Origin: Camelus ferus
Lineage: Eukaryota
Assembly (NCBI RefSeq): GCF_009834535.1
Contig: NC_045696.1
Coordinates: 55,926,001-55,990,000, forward strand
Length of the DNA stretch: 64,000 nucleotides
Direction: 5' to 3'
The notes under the pieces are model-generated. The model was not told the origin of the DNA. It worked only from the letters and a program-made list of their open reading frames with translations, and ran no database searches. Positions 24,718-37,374 of the stretch are shown here, one piece after another; position 1 is the first letter of the stretch; every line of letters starts with the position of its first letter. The position numbers and the translations under genes were made by a program.

Positions 24718-27700
24718 CTGTGGGAAGACAGAGGAAGGATTTCAGCACTGTGGCTCTGCATAGCTTGCCTAACTTCACAGTTCTTCTCAGGGTTTTTTTC
24801 CCCTCTACCAGTTCCCAATGTTTTAACTGTACCCAAAGCCTAACACGATAGGGGCAGTTGTATATTTGAATCATTTCATTCTAGAATCTTAGCACGAGTC
24901 CACTTTAAAGTTATACAGTGCAACCCTCTCATTTTACAGAAGAGACCAGGAGATCAGCTTCGGTTGCCTCCTGTGAAAATTCTGTAGAACTCTACTTCCT
25001 GTCTAACACTACAGAATGAGCTTTTTTTTTTTTTTTTTTTTTAATCTGTATAGAAAACTGGTGAGTTTTATCAAATCCCTGTCTTTAATTTTCACAAGAG
25101 AGGACTAGGTAAATGAGGTCTGTAAAACAGAAGTAGGAACAACCTGGATGGGCCCTAATGGAGGCTGCTGTGATCCGTAGGGTGGGGAGGGTCTAACTCA
25201 CCTGCCTGAACCTGGGGCCTGGGCAGGTGGAGTAGAGCTACCATGTAGAGGCCCAGAACCTGAGACCCCAGGCAGCTCCTGCCACGCCACCTTCAAGGGC
25301 AAGTCTTCTGCCTCAGGAGTCTTTCTAGTAGTTCTGGGAGAAAAGTGCTGTTTAACAACACTGACAGCTAATAAAGCACCTTAGAGCCTGAATATAGTGG
25401 GACAGTGGTCTGTCTCCCTCCGGCAAATAAAAGAAAACAGATGAAGGTCTGGCCATCACTTAGTTGTTCAGGGGCCTGGGAGCTAGTGTGTGTTTTTTTT
25501 GGACCGCCACCATTTTGCTGTTCCTTTTGTTGTCAGAGGATCCTGCCAGCTCCCAGCTTCCCTGGAAAGCCAGACTGGAGGAAATAAGGGGAGAAATTAT
25601 GTATCTCAGAGAGGGAGAAAGAGAGAGAGAGAGGATTTGCTAAATATTCTACACAGAACAGAATTTTAAAATACCCTATAAACTAGCACTTTACAACTTA
25701 CTCATTGCCTTTATGTACTTTATCTCAATTACTCCTCGCAGCAACCTGGTAAAGTAGACAGAAGCTACCTGTCTAATTATCAGTCGGTCTTAAATATCTA
25801 TGAGACTACTAGCCCTATTCTGCAGAGGAGGCACTGCCCTTGATGGTGGTTAAGTGGCAGGACTAGAGAGTCAGATCTCAGAATCAGAATCGTAGCATCA
25901 CAGAGTTAGAAGACACCTTAATAGCAATAACCCACGGCGTTCTTCTCTCAGTGCCCAAATCATCTTCAAAAACCTCTAAGAATATTTCTTCTGGTCCCTG
26001 CTTGAACTCTTTCAGTGATGAGTAACTCAGTACTCCTTGAGGGGATCCATTATTAATACTGAACTGAAATCCTTTTCTTTACAGCTTTCAGCTCTTAATT
26101 CACTTCTGTCCCCAAGAACTACACCAAATGAGGGGAAATTGTAATTTGCCTTTTTTTCAAAATTTGAAACTATTATTCTTGTCCATCTCTTGCGGATTAA
26201 GCATCTTCAGTTCTTTCAACTGTTACTCATGATTGCTCATAATGTGATTACCTGGCACAGTGCCTAAAATATATAGTAGATACTCAGCAATATGTTTTTT
26301 GAAATGGTTCTCTGGCCCTTGCTACTATGTCCTGGTCCTGGCCTCTTTCCCTGACCACAATTAGCCTCCATGTTGTAATCTGTTTCTCATTTGTTTGTTT
26401 ATTTAAATAATAAAGAGGAAGGAAACATATATATAGTCTACTTTCAAACCACAGAGGAGTCTTCAGAACAACTTGAAAACCTAACCAAAATTGGCCAAGT
26501 TTCAGGCAGCTTTCAATTATTTTGTGATCATGAACTCATTATCTGACTTAACTGATCACTTCAGAGATGCATTCATTGAGTATCTCCTATAAGGAAGACA
26601 TCACATGGAGCATTGTGGAGCACAGAATTAGCCCGAGAGATTCTCATGAAGGCAGGGTTAATGTGGGGTCTACCTGTAAGACCCTGTGTGAATACATTAT
26701 CCTGCAGTGCTGCTTTGCAATTCAAAGTAGCAGCACCCATTTGTGGCTCAATTCTGGCCACCACCAGACTGAAAATTCTGCTCTCTTCAGAAAAGAGCTC
26801 CAATAGAAGCTCTGACTATTTTTAGTTGGTCCTAAATTGGATTGGTGTGAGGGAAAAGCACTGGTGTCAGTGTGATGAAACTGTCATTCCCAACAATGCA
26901 GAAGTCAGCCAGTTTCGTGCCTCTTATGTAAGTGCTGGGCCGGGATGAATAGCAATGAGCTTACACAGTTTTGGAACCTGAAGAGCAAGGGACTAGCTGG
27001 TGAACTGTGCCCTGCTCTAGAAGGGAAACGACAGTGAACTGCTGCCAATCATGAGGGACTGTGCTTGTTTATTACAGTAATAACCCTAAAGGGAGTTTGA
27101 TAGCAAATAAATCAAACCAAACATCCCAAAAAACAATTCCAGAAAAGGGTCTCTGGGTTAAATTATCCCATTATCATAGACTAAATTGAAAGCTCTCTGA
27201 AATTTGGCCAATTTGATCATGTTTTCAAATTGTTCTGAAAACCATGTGGAAAAAAACAATGTGTTTTTTCCTTTCTCTCTATTACTTAAACAAACATTTA
27301 AAAACCTAGTTCCTTTACACTGCAAATACCAGTACTTCAGAAAGTGAGTTACTTTAGCAGTTTTCTCATCTTGAGCTTCAGAAAAGGCTGAATCTGGAAA
27401 GAAGCCTTTCACGCGATGTTAAGGGTGGTGTGTTAGGGGTGGAAGACCTAGGAGACTGAGTCATGACCTCCTTGCCATGAACATCTGCATTGTCTTCATG
27501 TGGTAGATGATGCCCTTCACAGTTACAGAATGGAAGGAACTCCTAGTCAAGCGGGACCCACCACCCAGCAGAGAGAAGGACAATCCCAAGTCACAAGAGA
27601 AATAGTGAAATACAGCAGAAAGTTCTTTCTGGAAGACACACTGATGTCCTGGGACTTGTGTCCATTATACTTTTGACTGACTGCTTCTTTTCAGTCCTCT

Positions 27701-29651
27701 GAACAGCTCATACTTTCCCTTCTCACACGAACCTAAGCGGGCCTTTGGGGGCCAGCTGGGCCAACACACTCACACGAGGAAAGTGAGGTTCAGTGAAGTT
27801 GTATGGTTTGCAAACAGTAGCAGAGCCAGACATAGCAGCCAGGACTTTGGGCTCCTGGTGGGGGTCTCTTTCTTGTTTACCGTGCTGCCTGCCTCTTAAC
27901 TTTCAGGAAAACTCGTGCATGAAGTATGTAGCCACCTAAAGCCAGGAATTTTTATACCTTCACTTGAACAGTTTTCTTTAGAGGTAGAGGGAGAGGTACT
28001 AATCTTGAAAGAGTCAGGATTAAAAACTAAGTTGGGGGTACAAGGTTGTTTAGGCAGAAGAGAGAGAGTATGACAGGAAGTAGGGGGAGAGAGAAGAAGG
28101 CAACAGAAAGATAAATACACAAACAATAAAATGGGGAAGATGTGGAAGACAAATATGGATAGGAGAAATTAACTGAGAAGAAGAAGAAATGGAGCAGGAA
28201 ACTGAGGCAACCAAGGACTGAGCAGAAGTCAGAAAGAGGGAAGAAAAAGGAGAACCAGCAGAAACAGGAAAGGAGAAGAAAGCCAGGAGGAAATCGAGCA
28301 CAGAGACTGCTGTGAGTTAAGAGTGTGTTTGCAGGCGGGTGGGTGTGCTGGACAAAGAGAGGGTCCACAGGACAGAAGCCACGTGCACTGGTGAGGGTGG
28401 GCGAGGAGGGAGACAACAGTTGGCACAAAGGGAAAGGGGCCATGGGAGAGGACAACACAAATGGAGGAGATCAGGAAAGTGATCTTGGGTGCCAGACTCT
28501 GGTTCTAGGGACTCTGGTCCCACAGATTTGAATTCCGTATGGATAAATCCAAATAGCTAACCTCTTACCCCTCACCTCCCTTGCCTCTTGCATCATTTAT
28601 ATGACTTGCTTTTCAAAATGTACAAACATTGACTCACTTACCTCAAGTACCCTGGAAGCCTTCCTCACTGAACTAGTTTCTTGGGAAAAAAAGTGTTTCC
28701 CAAAGAATGATTAATCTCTTCGCCGCCCCTCCCCCACCTTGGAAATGCCTTCCAAATTGGGAGCAGTGGGATTTTCCTCAGGAAAAGCCAGGCCTGCACC
28801 ATGCGTGGGTGGAGTCGTGGAGGAAAACGTTGTAGCATTGTGAGAGCAGCTGGGGGAGCATGAAAGCGACTTCCCAGAACTGCTCAGCACGGTCTTTCTC
28901 GTGCACTCCCTGGAGCTGTGAGGGCAATCCTACACGCTAGTCCCACCCAGACTTCACGCGCCCTCTGCCTCCCACAGGTATGGTTTGCTAGGAAAGCCAT
29001 CCAGTCGCAGCAACATTCAGTCAGAGCAGCGTCCAGTCCTTTGCCTGAGCAAACAACACACACTCCCCTGGGCCAGAGGAGGGCAAAGTGGGGACATTTT
29101 CCTCCAGGGTCATTTGCCTGCAATTACAAGCCGCTTTGAAATATGTGATTTTAACAGAGATATCTGCCCAATCCAGGCTAAATGACTGCTTTCCAGAGCT
29201 GAGGATATGCCAAGAAGAACCATTAGAATTAGAATTATGCCAGCTTTTTAAAAAATATCCTTTAAAAGGCATGCCACAAGTAAAAATCCCCTTCAGCCTT
29301 AGCTTTGGCCTTAGTTATTCGCACAACCTTGCAAAAAAGATTAGCAACCTATGAGCTTGCTCAAAATGTCGACCAGCCCACTTTCCAAAATGCAATCACA
29401 AATCACACTCATTAAGGGATGAGTTTACAAAACCCTTCATGCCTTGCATGCACCTGGAGTGAGTTGCTATCTGCATGTTTGGGTTAACGCCACATTCCCG
29501 GGGTCCTCTGTGAGGACAAGCTCCATGAAAGGATTTTTTTGCCCTTACACACCGAGTTAAGGGCAGCTGTTGGCAGGCAGGAGGAGCAGCTGCCTCTGAG
29601 TACTTACACAGGATGCTGAGCCCGGCGGCTGTGCCCACGTTAGCTCTCCCC

Positions 29652-30158
29652 TCACCTCATGTACTCCCCATCACTCCTATAATCCATGAATGACTCTGAT
29701 CCTGACACCTCCTCAAAATCCTCCAGCACCAGACTGGTGGAGTCCTCACCCAGGACGCCGCTGTCGGGCCTGGACGTCCTGGCCCAGGGAGGAGGTGCCG
29801 GAGGGTTGGTGGCTGCCGGTGAGGGAGAGCTGGGGGGTGTTTGCCGGACAGATGTGGGCCGGGCCTGAGGAGGGGACGCGGCTGGCTCCCGGACTTCCTC
29901 GTCATCCTTCTCCGACTCTGGTCCTGCCTCTGAGGCAGCAGGACCCAGGACATGGTAGAGGCTGGGGAGACGGATGTCAAAACGCAGCCCGAACTTAGCA
30001 AAGAGCTTGTCATTGAGCGCATAGAGCTTCTCTGAGATGTCATAGCCCAGCAGGGCCGAGAAGAGGCGAGAGAGGTATCGCTCTTTGGTCAGAAGAAGGT
30101 GGAGACTTTTCCGGGGCCAGGAAATGTAGCTACATTCGGTCTCAGCTGTCAGAGTGAC
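29652..30158 (-). CDS. POPDC2: POPDC2 exon 3 (long form to stop; short form ends at 29750): VTLTAETECSYISWPRKSLHLLLTKERYLSRLFSALLGYDISEKLYALNDKLFAKFGLRFDIRLPSLYHVLGP...DSGVL|GEDSTSLVLEDFEEVSGSESFMDYRSDGEYMR*
   Basis: Acceptor gtttcag| at 30159; 169 open codons ending TGA at 29652-29654; internal donor G|GTGAG after 29750; Popeye-domain sequence recognised. Confidence 0.95.
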   Translation of the reverse strand, partial: VTLTAETECSYISWPRKSLHLLLTKERYLSRLFSALLGYDISEKLYALNDKLFAKFGLRFDIRLPSLYHVLGPAASEAGPESEKDDEEVREPAASPPQARPTSVRQTPPSSPSPAATNPPAPPPWARTSRPDSGVLGEDSTSLVLEDFEEVSGSESFMDYRSDGEYMR

Positions 30159-30768
30159 CTGAAACGGGTCAGGAGCAGAGAGTGAAGGTTGAAACTAGAA
30201 AATGTGTCCATGCTTAGCACAGAGAAAGACACAGTTACTTGGCAAACAGCTGCACTTTTACTGAAGAAGCTGTGGAAGTCCCCCTCCATGGAAGAGGAAG
30301 AGGTTCAATGAACACCTTACTGTGTTCACTGATGGGGTTGAGGGGTGCTTGCTAGGAGCCCTGAGATCAGCCATTCCCTCACTGGGCCCTCACTTCCTAG
30401 AGCCTGTTTCCACCTCCAGCCTCCTCAGCTCTCATACTCTATGTCCCACGGCTAATTCGGAAGGTTCTGAGCTTCTTGTGATTTTAAGATAGAGAAGGGG
30501 CCTCCTAGTGCTCAGAAGAAAGGTCAGAATGCTGATGACAGTTTAAGGGAAAAAAGGGATAATATATTGGAATAGGAACACAAAACATAATTGGAAAGAA
30601 TTTCAGTTAGGGAAGAGCCTCTGATTAAGTGTGCCAGGCTGCATCAGGTGGACAGAACGCTGGCCGGGGATTTAGGCCCATGAGTTGCTCTTGACTCGGG
30701 CACTACAGGTAACCAGACGGATCTGATGGCTGAAGTCAGAAAAAGGGCAAAGAGGAAGAGGAACTCTT

Positions 30769-30875
30769 GTTTTTCTTATTGTATTTTTCTTAATTGAGGT
30801 GCAGTTGCTGTACAATATTATATAAGTTCCAGGCGTACAACATAGTGATTCAGAACGTTTAAAAGTTATGCTCCA
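30769..30875 (-). mobile_element. Short truncated L1 3' end with TSD
   Basis: ttaattgaggtgcagttgctgtacaatattatataagttccaggcgtacaacatagtgattca; TSD aagaggaactctt (30756-30768) and aagaggacctctt (30876-30888). Confidence 0.75.
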
Positions 30876-31849
30876 AAGAGGACCTCTTAAAGGCACAAAG
30901 TCAAAGGGTACTCTACTCCCCACTTATTTAGACATTAGGAATTTCTGGGCACTCACTATGTGCCCATGATGCAAAGCTAAATTACACCTGCAGGGTCAAT
31001 AACACAGTAGGTGCTCGCTAAACCCTTGTTAAAACAATGGTGAGTGGTAAAGCTAGGGTTCAAATGAAAACATGCTTAAGACAGTAAAGGAAAAAGGTGT
31101 AGAATCACACAATTCTTTATACTCTGGCCATACTACTTTAAAAGTGAGCAGGTCAGCAGAGCTCATGATGCAGATGTGTGAATAGACACTGGCAATGAGG
31201 AGGAGGAGGAAGATAGCCACTAACATTTACTGAGAGGCGACCATATGCCAGGCATTGTGTTAAGTCCTTTATGTGGATTATCTCATTAAAGGTAGAGTTG
31301 GCTTTCCAAACATTCTTTAGTAGAGATTGTACATAATCCTTTTATTTCATTTTCCCAGATCTTCCCCTCTCCTCCCCTCCCCGCCCCCACAGTACCCCTC
31401 CTTCCTTCCCTTCATTCATTTCCTCCTCTCAGCTCCTCCCCATCCCCATAGTCATTAGCACTGAAGTCAGGGCTCTAGATTACCTCATCAAGACCAGAAG
31501 CTAGTTTCAAGTTCCAGTTTTACCCCTTTACCAGCTGTGTAACAGCAGACAAATTGCTTAATCTCTCTGGTCTTATGAGAAAGAATTCGGAAAGTGGTAC
31601 TCACAATTCATCCATTACTAAGAGTTCAGCAGGTCGTTGCCACATTTGCCATAACCCATACTTCCGTCTTACTAAGAATTCCCAAACAAGAAAACAGAGT
31701 ACCCCTCATGAAGCAGGTGAGTGTAACAGCTAATGTGGACACAAACAACTTCCTCAAGACTGAACACAAAGACTGGGGGCATTCTTATGGGCATGCTGTT
31801 ACTTCTTCCATTTTAAAATAAATCAAAATTTTAAAATGAAAATCTTTTT

Positions 31850-33335
31850 TCTTCACTTCCTTGGCTAGCTATCACTCCATTGCTTTGCTCTCCTTTTCAG
31901 CAAAACTCCATGAAGGAGTTATCTATACCTGCTTTTACCAATTCCTCTCCTCACACTCTCTCTTCAACCAGCAAGGCTTTGCCCCCATGGTCCACAAACT
32001 GCCCCTGGTAAGGTCAGCAATGACCTCCATGTTTCTGAGTCTAGTGGTCAGTTTTCACAGTGTCCAGTCCCTCCTCTTTGACGCACTTTACTTGGTTCCC
32101 AGGATGCCACCCTCTCCTAGTATAATCTCCCAGTTTGTCCCTTTCAGCTTCCTTTGCTGCTTCTTGTTTTTCTCTCCAACTTCTAAATGCTAGAGTATCC
32201 CAGGTTTGGTGTGTTCTTGAACCTCTTCTCTGTCTACACTCATTCACTTGGTGATCTCATCCAGTCCAATGGATTTATATATACCGTCTGTATGCCAATG
32301 ACTCCCAAACTTGTCTCAAGCTCAGGCCTTATTCCTTAATTCCATACTCAAATATGCAACTGCCTACATGCATCTCCATATAAATATCCATTGACTACAC
32401 AGATCTAGCATAGCCTAAGCGGGACTTCTCTCCTCCCCAGACCAGCACTATCTGCAGCCTTCCTTTTTTCAGTCGATGGCAGCTTCATCCTTCCAGTCGC
32501 TGAGGCTGAGATTTTTTCTTAATCTTCTTTCTCTCACACTACATCCGAAGTGTTAGAAAATCCTTTTGGCTCTATATAGAAAATATGTACTCTGGCCCTT
32601 GATGATGTGTCCCCTCATCACCTCTCTGACTTCATCTCCTGCCATTCTCCCTGCTCCATCTCTCTGTTCCAGCCACATTGGCCTCCTTTCTGTACCCCAA
32701 ACATGCTAGTCCCTCCTACCACTCAGATTTTTCACTGGCTCTTCCCTCTATCTAATATGCTGTTCCCCCAAATGTTCTCAGAGTTTACACTGCCAACCCC
32801 CTCAGATCGTTGCTCAGATGTCACGTGTTCAGCAAAGACTTCCATGACCATCCTATTTAAAGTTGCAACTACAGTTGATCCTTGAACAACATGGATTTCA
32901 ACTGCATGGCTCCACTTAAATGCAGGTTTTTTAATAGTGAATACTAAAGTACTACACAATCGGCCAGTTGGTTGAATCCAAGGATGTGGAATCCTGGATT
33001 TGGGCAAATCATATATATGGAGGTTGGGACTATAAATTATACATGGATTTTCTACTGCACAGAGGTTGGCGCCCCTACCTCCCAAGTTGTTCGAGGGTCA
33101 ACTGTATATCTCCCTTATGCCACTCTAATTTTCTTTTATTTGAAGTTATTATCTTTTAACATATTACATAATTTACTTATTCATTATGTCTATGGCTTAT
33201 TTTTTGTCTCCCCTACTAGAATATAAATTGCATGAAGGCAGGGACTTTCAGCTGTTCTGTTCACTGATATATTCCAAGTACCTTTAATAGTGCCCAGGAT
33301 ATAATAATGCTCAATAAATATTACTGAAATGAATG
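31850..33335 (+). mobile_element. L2 LINE 3' portion
   Basis: ggtgatctcatccagtc...atgccaatgactcccaaa...gaaggcagggactt...gctcaataaatattactgaaatgaatgaat tail. Confidence 0.85.
32872..33104. mobile_element. Complete TcMar-Tigger MITE (MER8/Tigger2-like), 233 bp, nested in L2
   Basis: TIRs CAGTTGATCCTTGAACAAC and GTTGTTCGAGGGTCAACTG, with TA duplications at 32870-32871 and 33105-33106. Confidence 0.9.
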
Positions 33336-34469
33336 AATCAGATGAAGACTATCAATCTTATATATTGCAAAGCAACCTGACATCATTTTCTCACGTCCTG
33401 TATAAAATCCTTCCCAAAGGTCTTCAGGAAACCTGTGGATTGACTGGTTTCCACATATACACGCACACATGTGTAATAAAATTTTGACAAGTTTTTCTTT
33501 AATTCTCACCTTTGAGGCTGGTTGAATGGATTAAATGAGATGATATATGTAAGAAGGGGATGCAAACTAGAGAAACAATGATGATTTCTGTGTGATCCTT
33601 CCCAAGCTATGTTCTTGGTGACTGATGAGAAGGTCACAGTGTTTAACAGTCAATAAATACATCATTATTTAATTGAATTCTTGAGAGGTATGATGGGATG
33701 TTGACTCACTTGTGGTAAGTTCAATAAGAATTATGATTCATCTAGTCACTGTGGATTTCCCTGTTAGTCAATAAATAGACTGTGCAATTGCAAAAGGCAA
33801 GGACAAGATGAACTACAACCGAAAACAACACTTGACATTTGCAAAGAGGAAATGGGACTTTACAGAGCCAACAGCAAATGTGTGGAACTCATTGCTCCCA
33901 AAGGAGATGCATGCTAAAAATATAGATGGGAAGAATACGATGGTCCCTACATTCAGGCTGAGAGGCCATCTGGGGTTACGGCCCTTCCTTTCAAGCATAA
34001 CTTAGGGGAGGACACCCGGCTTATCCACCACCTGTTCCTTGGTGTCAGTGTCAGAAACAGAGCCTATTCCGGCTGGCTTAGGACCTGACTCAGCCCTCCT
34101 GAAGGTTCTTATGGCGCTGGGGGAGTTCTCAAAGGAGACTGCTAGGCTGGTTGGTGAGGACATGAATGTGTGTGGTGGGGGAGGAATACACTGGGAGGGG
34201 GTCTGTGGCTGGTGGTCCTGGCAGTAGGATCAGGATTGCCCCTCAAGAGTCAGGGTGGTGCGGAAGCAGGCCCAGCCAGGTGGCACTGCCTGGCTTGTGT
34301 CTATTCTGAGGTTGGCTCGTATGCTCGCCTGAGGGACTCCCTGATAGAACTGGTAGGAGACACCGGGAACTCAGTACTGGCAAACTATCTGGACAGGGGA
34401 GCCCTTATAATGGTGTGTGTATGCAAACTCCACTCTCCTGGTAACCCTCCCATTTTAAAAAAGAATAGA

Positions 34470-34900
34470 TGTAAAATTAAGTTAAATAAGACAGAAAGAG
34501 AAAGAAAAATACCATATAATGTCACTTACATGTGGAATCTTAAAAAAATGACACTAATGAACTTATTTACAAAACAGAAACAGACTCACAGACATAGAAA
34601 ACAAACTTATGGTTACTGAGGAGGAAGAGAGAGTGGAAGGATAAATTGAGAGTTTGGGGTTTGCAGATACTAACTACTGTATATAAAATAGATAAACAAC
34701 AATGTCCTACTGTATAGCCCAGGGAATTATATTCAATACTTTGTAATGGCCTATAAGGAAAAAGGATATGAAAAGGAATATATATAAAAAACCTAATCAC
34801 TATGCTGTACACCAGAAATCAACACAACATTATAAACCAACTATACTTCAATAAAATAAATAAATAAATAAAATCTAGTACATTAAAAAAGAAAAAGAAG
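34470..34900 (+). mobile_element. Artiodactyl-type L1 3' end with A-rich tail
   Basis: gaacttatttacaaaacagaaacagactcacagacatagaaaacaaacttatggttac...ctatacttcaataaaataaa; possible TSD aagaataga. Confidence 0.9.
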
Positions 34901-35935
34901 AAGAATAGAAATAATGGAGCCAGGCAACTTAGCCCTGCCACTTTCTAGATGAAGACCTTGGACAAATTACTTGAGGTTCTGAGCCTTACTTTCCTCACCT
35001 GTTCAACAGGTTAATAACAATATCCAGCCCAGAGGGTTGTTGGGAGAATCAATAATGCAATGAAATAGGTTGTATCTGCCACATGCTAGCCATTCAGTAA
35101 GTGAGGACTACAGAGAAGGTCATCAAAATCTGAAGGATCGGCAGAGAAGAGAGGAGGGCTCTCAGGCAGCCAGACCCTGCCCTTGGAGCGTGTATGTGAG
35201 CGCCCTAGGAAGCCCTCTGAGACACCCACCGCCTGCTGCCAAGCCAGTTCAGCCAACCTTTACTGAACACCTACTACTGTGTTCAAGGTACTGCCCTTGG
35301 AGCCGGGGGATGGAGAGAAGAAGCCCAGGTTTCTACCTCAAAGAGTTTACTAGAAAGGAAACCAGATCGTTAGAAGAGAGGTTAATATGTGTGCAGTCAG
35401 AGTAGTGAAAGGAATAGAAAAGTCCTGCAGGCAGCGAGTGGAGGTGGAAGCTGGTGACAGGCAGCCTGGGCAGGCTTCAAAGGAAGTGAGATGCCATAGC
35501 CTCATCTGGATGAGGGAAGTGCAGTTTCAGATAGAAGCCGAGGCATGGCCATTGCAGAGCAATGTGGTGTGTTTAGGGAAGTACTAGAAGTTCAGCATGG
35601 CTGGTATGAGCAGGAAGTATGAGGAAGGAAGGGGCTGGAGATGCGGCTGGATGTCACTGAAGGTCTTAAGTTGCTCTCTAAGGAGCATGGGTTGTTATCT
35701 TGTGATCACTGAGGTCTTCGGAAAGAGTTTTAGGCACAAGAGTGACATGGTCCACTTTTTGGGGATCAGCATCACCCCACCCAGGTACTCTTCCCATGGA
35801 AGGAGAATGCTCCCACCTCAGGCATCATATGGGCATTGGCTCAAAGGATAGATGGAAGAGGGGGAATATGGAGGGGGAGCTATCGCCAAGTTAAAGTAGG
35901 ATGGGCTGGCCGCGCTGCCATGGGGCTCCCATTAC

Positions 35936-36044
35936 CTGGAAGACCCCCTCCTCAGAGGGGTGCAGCGATTCCCACTCAGGAGAGTCCATGAACTGGTAAG
36001 GAAAGATGTAGTGCAGAAACTGCCCATCCTGGCTCACACGAACC
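35936..36044 (-). CDS. POPDC2: POPDC2 exon 2: (R)VRVSQDGQFLHYIFPYQFMDSPEWESLHPSEEGVFQ
   Basis: Acceptor ccctttgccag|, donor |gtaatg; 109 nt; contains the DSPE motif and, across the junction, the FQVT motif of the cAMP phosphate-binding cassette. Confidence 0.96.
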
Positions 36045-36617
36045 CTGGCAAAGGGAGAGAAGAGACTGTGTGGGAAAAGGGAAGTGGTATCCAAATCCTC
36101 TTCGGAGTCTAAATCACATGTTAAAAAAAAAGGAAAATGATTGGGATTCAGTATGAGTGTTTTCCTCTTTTCCCCAGAAAACTCAGAGTCTCAGCTTCAA
36201 CCTCTCTTCTAACGTCAGTTATATCAGGAAAGAAAGTGTCTCTATCAGGAAAAGGGGGCAAATAAAAAGATTTCTAAAGTACATCCTGTCCATTTGGAAG
36301 GAGCTATCATTCCATTTTTTTCTGGAGCTTTATTGGCTAAACAAATATACATGGAGCACCTGCTGTGTTCCTGGAAGTCTAGGTATGGAGAGATGATCTG
36401 ATCCTTGCCCTTAAGGATTTCACAGTTTAGTGGAAGGCACAGGCACACAAACAACTGGCTGTAAGTCCATGTGTGGGACTGGAGACTAGAAGGGAGAGAG
36501 GATGGCTCTCTCTGAGTGGAAGACTTCTCAAAGATGACATTTGAGCTGAGTTTTAAAGGATGAGTAAGACAGTGAGAGAAGTAGATCAGGATGGGGATGA
36601 ATGGAGAGCTGGGAACA

Positions 36618-36980
36618 GTATGGAATTCTGTTCTCCAATATCTGCTTTTTCCCTTCCTCCATAGTACTGGAATTCTAGCTGAGCTCATGCCTGCCCAGCT
36701 AGACTACATTTCCGTGCCTCCCTTGCAGCTAAGTATAACCTTATGATTAAATTATGGCCAAGGGGATATTAGCACTCCACATCTTGCTCCTAGTGAATGC
36801 CTAGATACATATGTATGCATGGAATTACCAAAGACCACCATCAGTTAATAAGCTATTGTGTAGTATCTGACAACCTAAAGGTGGAAGACAGAAAGGATAT
36901 AGGCCTCAAACCAAGCCAAGGATGTGGTGTCAACCCCTATTCTCTGGTGGCAGAAACACACTTGTTCCTACAAGACCTGC
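36618..36980. mobile_element. MLT1-type LTR fragment
   Basis: gcccagctagactacatttccgtgcctcccttgcagctaag motif. Confidence 0.55.
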
Positions 36981-37311
36981 TAATGTATGAAGCTAGCTAG
37001 CAGAATTTCCCTGAGTAATGAAAGGATACAAGAGAAAACGAAGTGCCATGCTCTCCTACCTCACTGGTCTTCACATATTCTGTCCACTCCAGCTGGCCCT
37101 CTTCCCAATCCCCACCTTCTCTTCAGGTCTCAGCTTAAACATTCCTTCCTCCAGGAAGTCTTATCTATTACATGCTGTCATTGCACTTGCCCTTTCTCCT
37201 TGGAAATCCCATGTCTGTTATTCACCACTATGTCAAACATGCACTGGTGACTCTCTTGATAGACTGTAAGCGCCACAAGTACAAGGACAACAGTTTTCAC
37301 ATTTTAAAACT

Positions 37312-37374
37312 GAGAAGAAGGAAGGGAGAAAGGAAAGGAGGAAGGAAGGGAGAAAGGAAAGGAAGAAGGAAGGG
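37312..37374. repeat. (GAAG/GGAA)n purine repeat
   Basis: Directly visible. Confidence 0.85.

Noticed and set aside
27896..28531. Phe/Ser/Leu-rich minus-strand ORFs up to 143 aa
   Set aside because: Caused by a purine-rich low-complexity tract; no splice signals or homology recognised.
29657..30043. Alternative-frame and antisense ORFs over POPDC2 exon 3
   Set aside because: Shadows of the real exon frame, which the ORF track misses because it lacks its own start codon.
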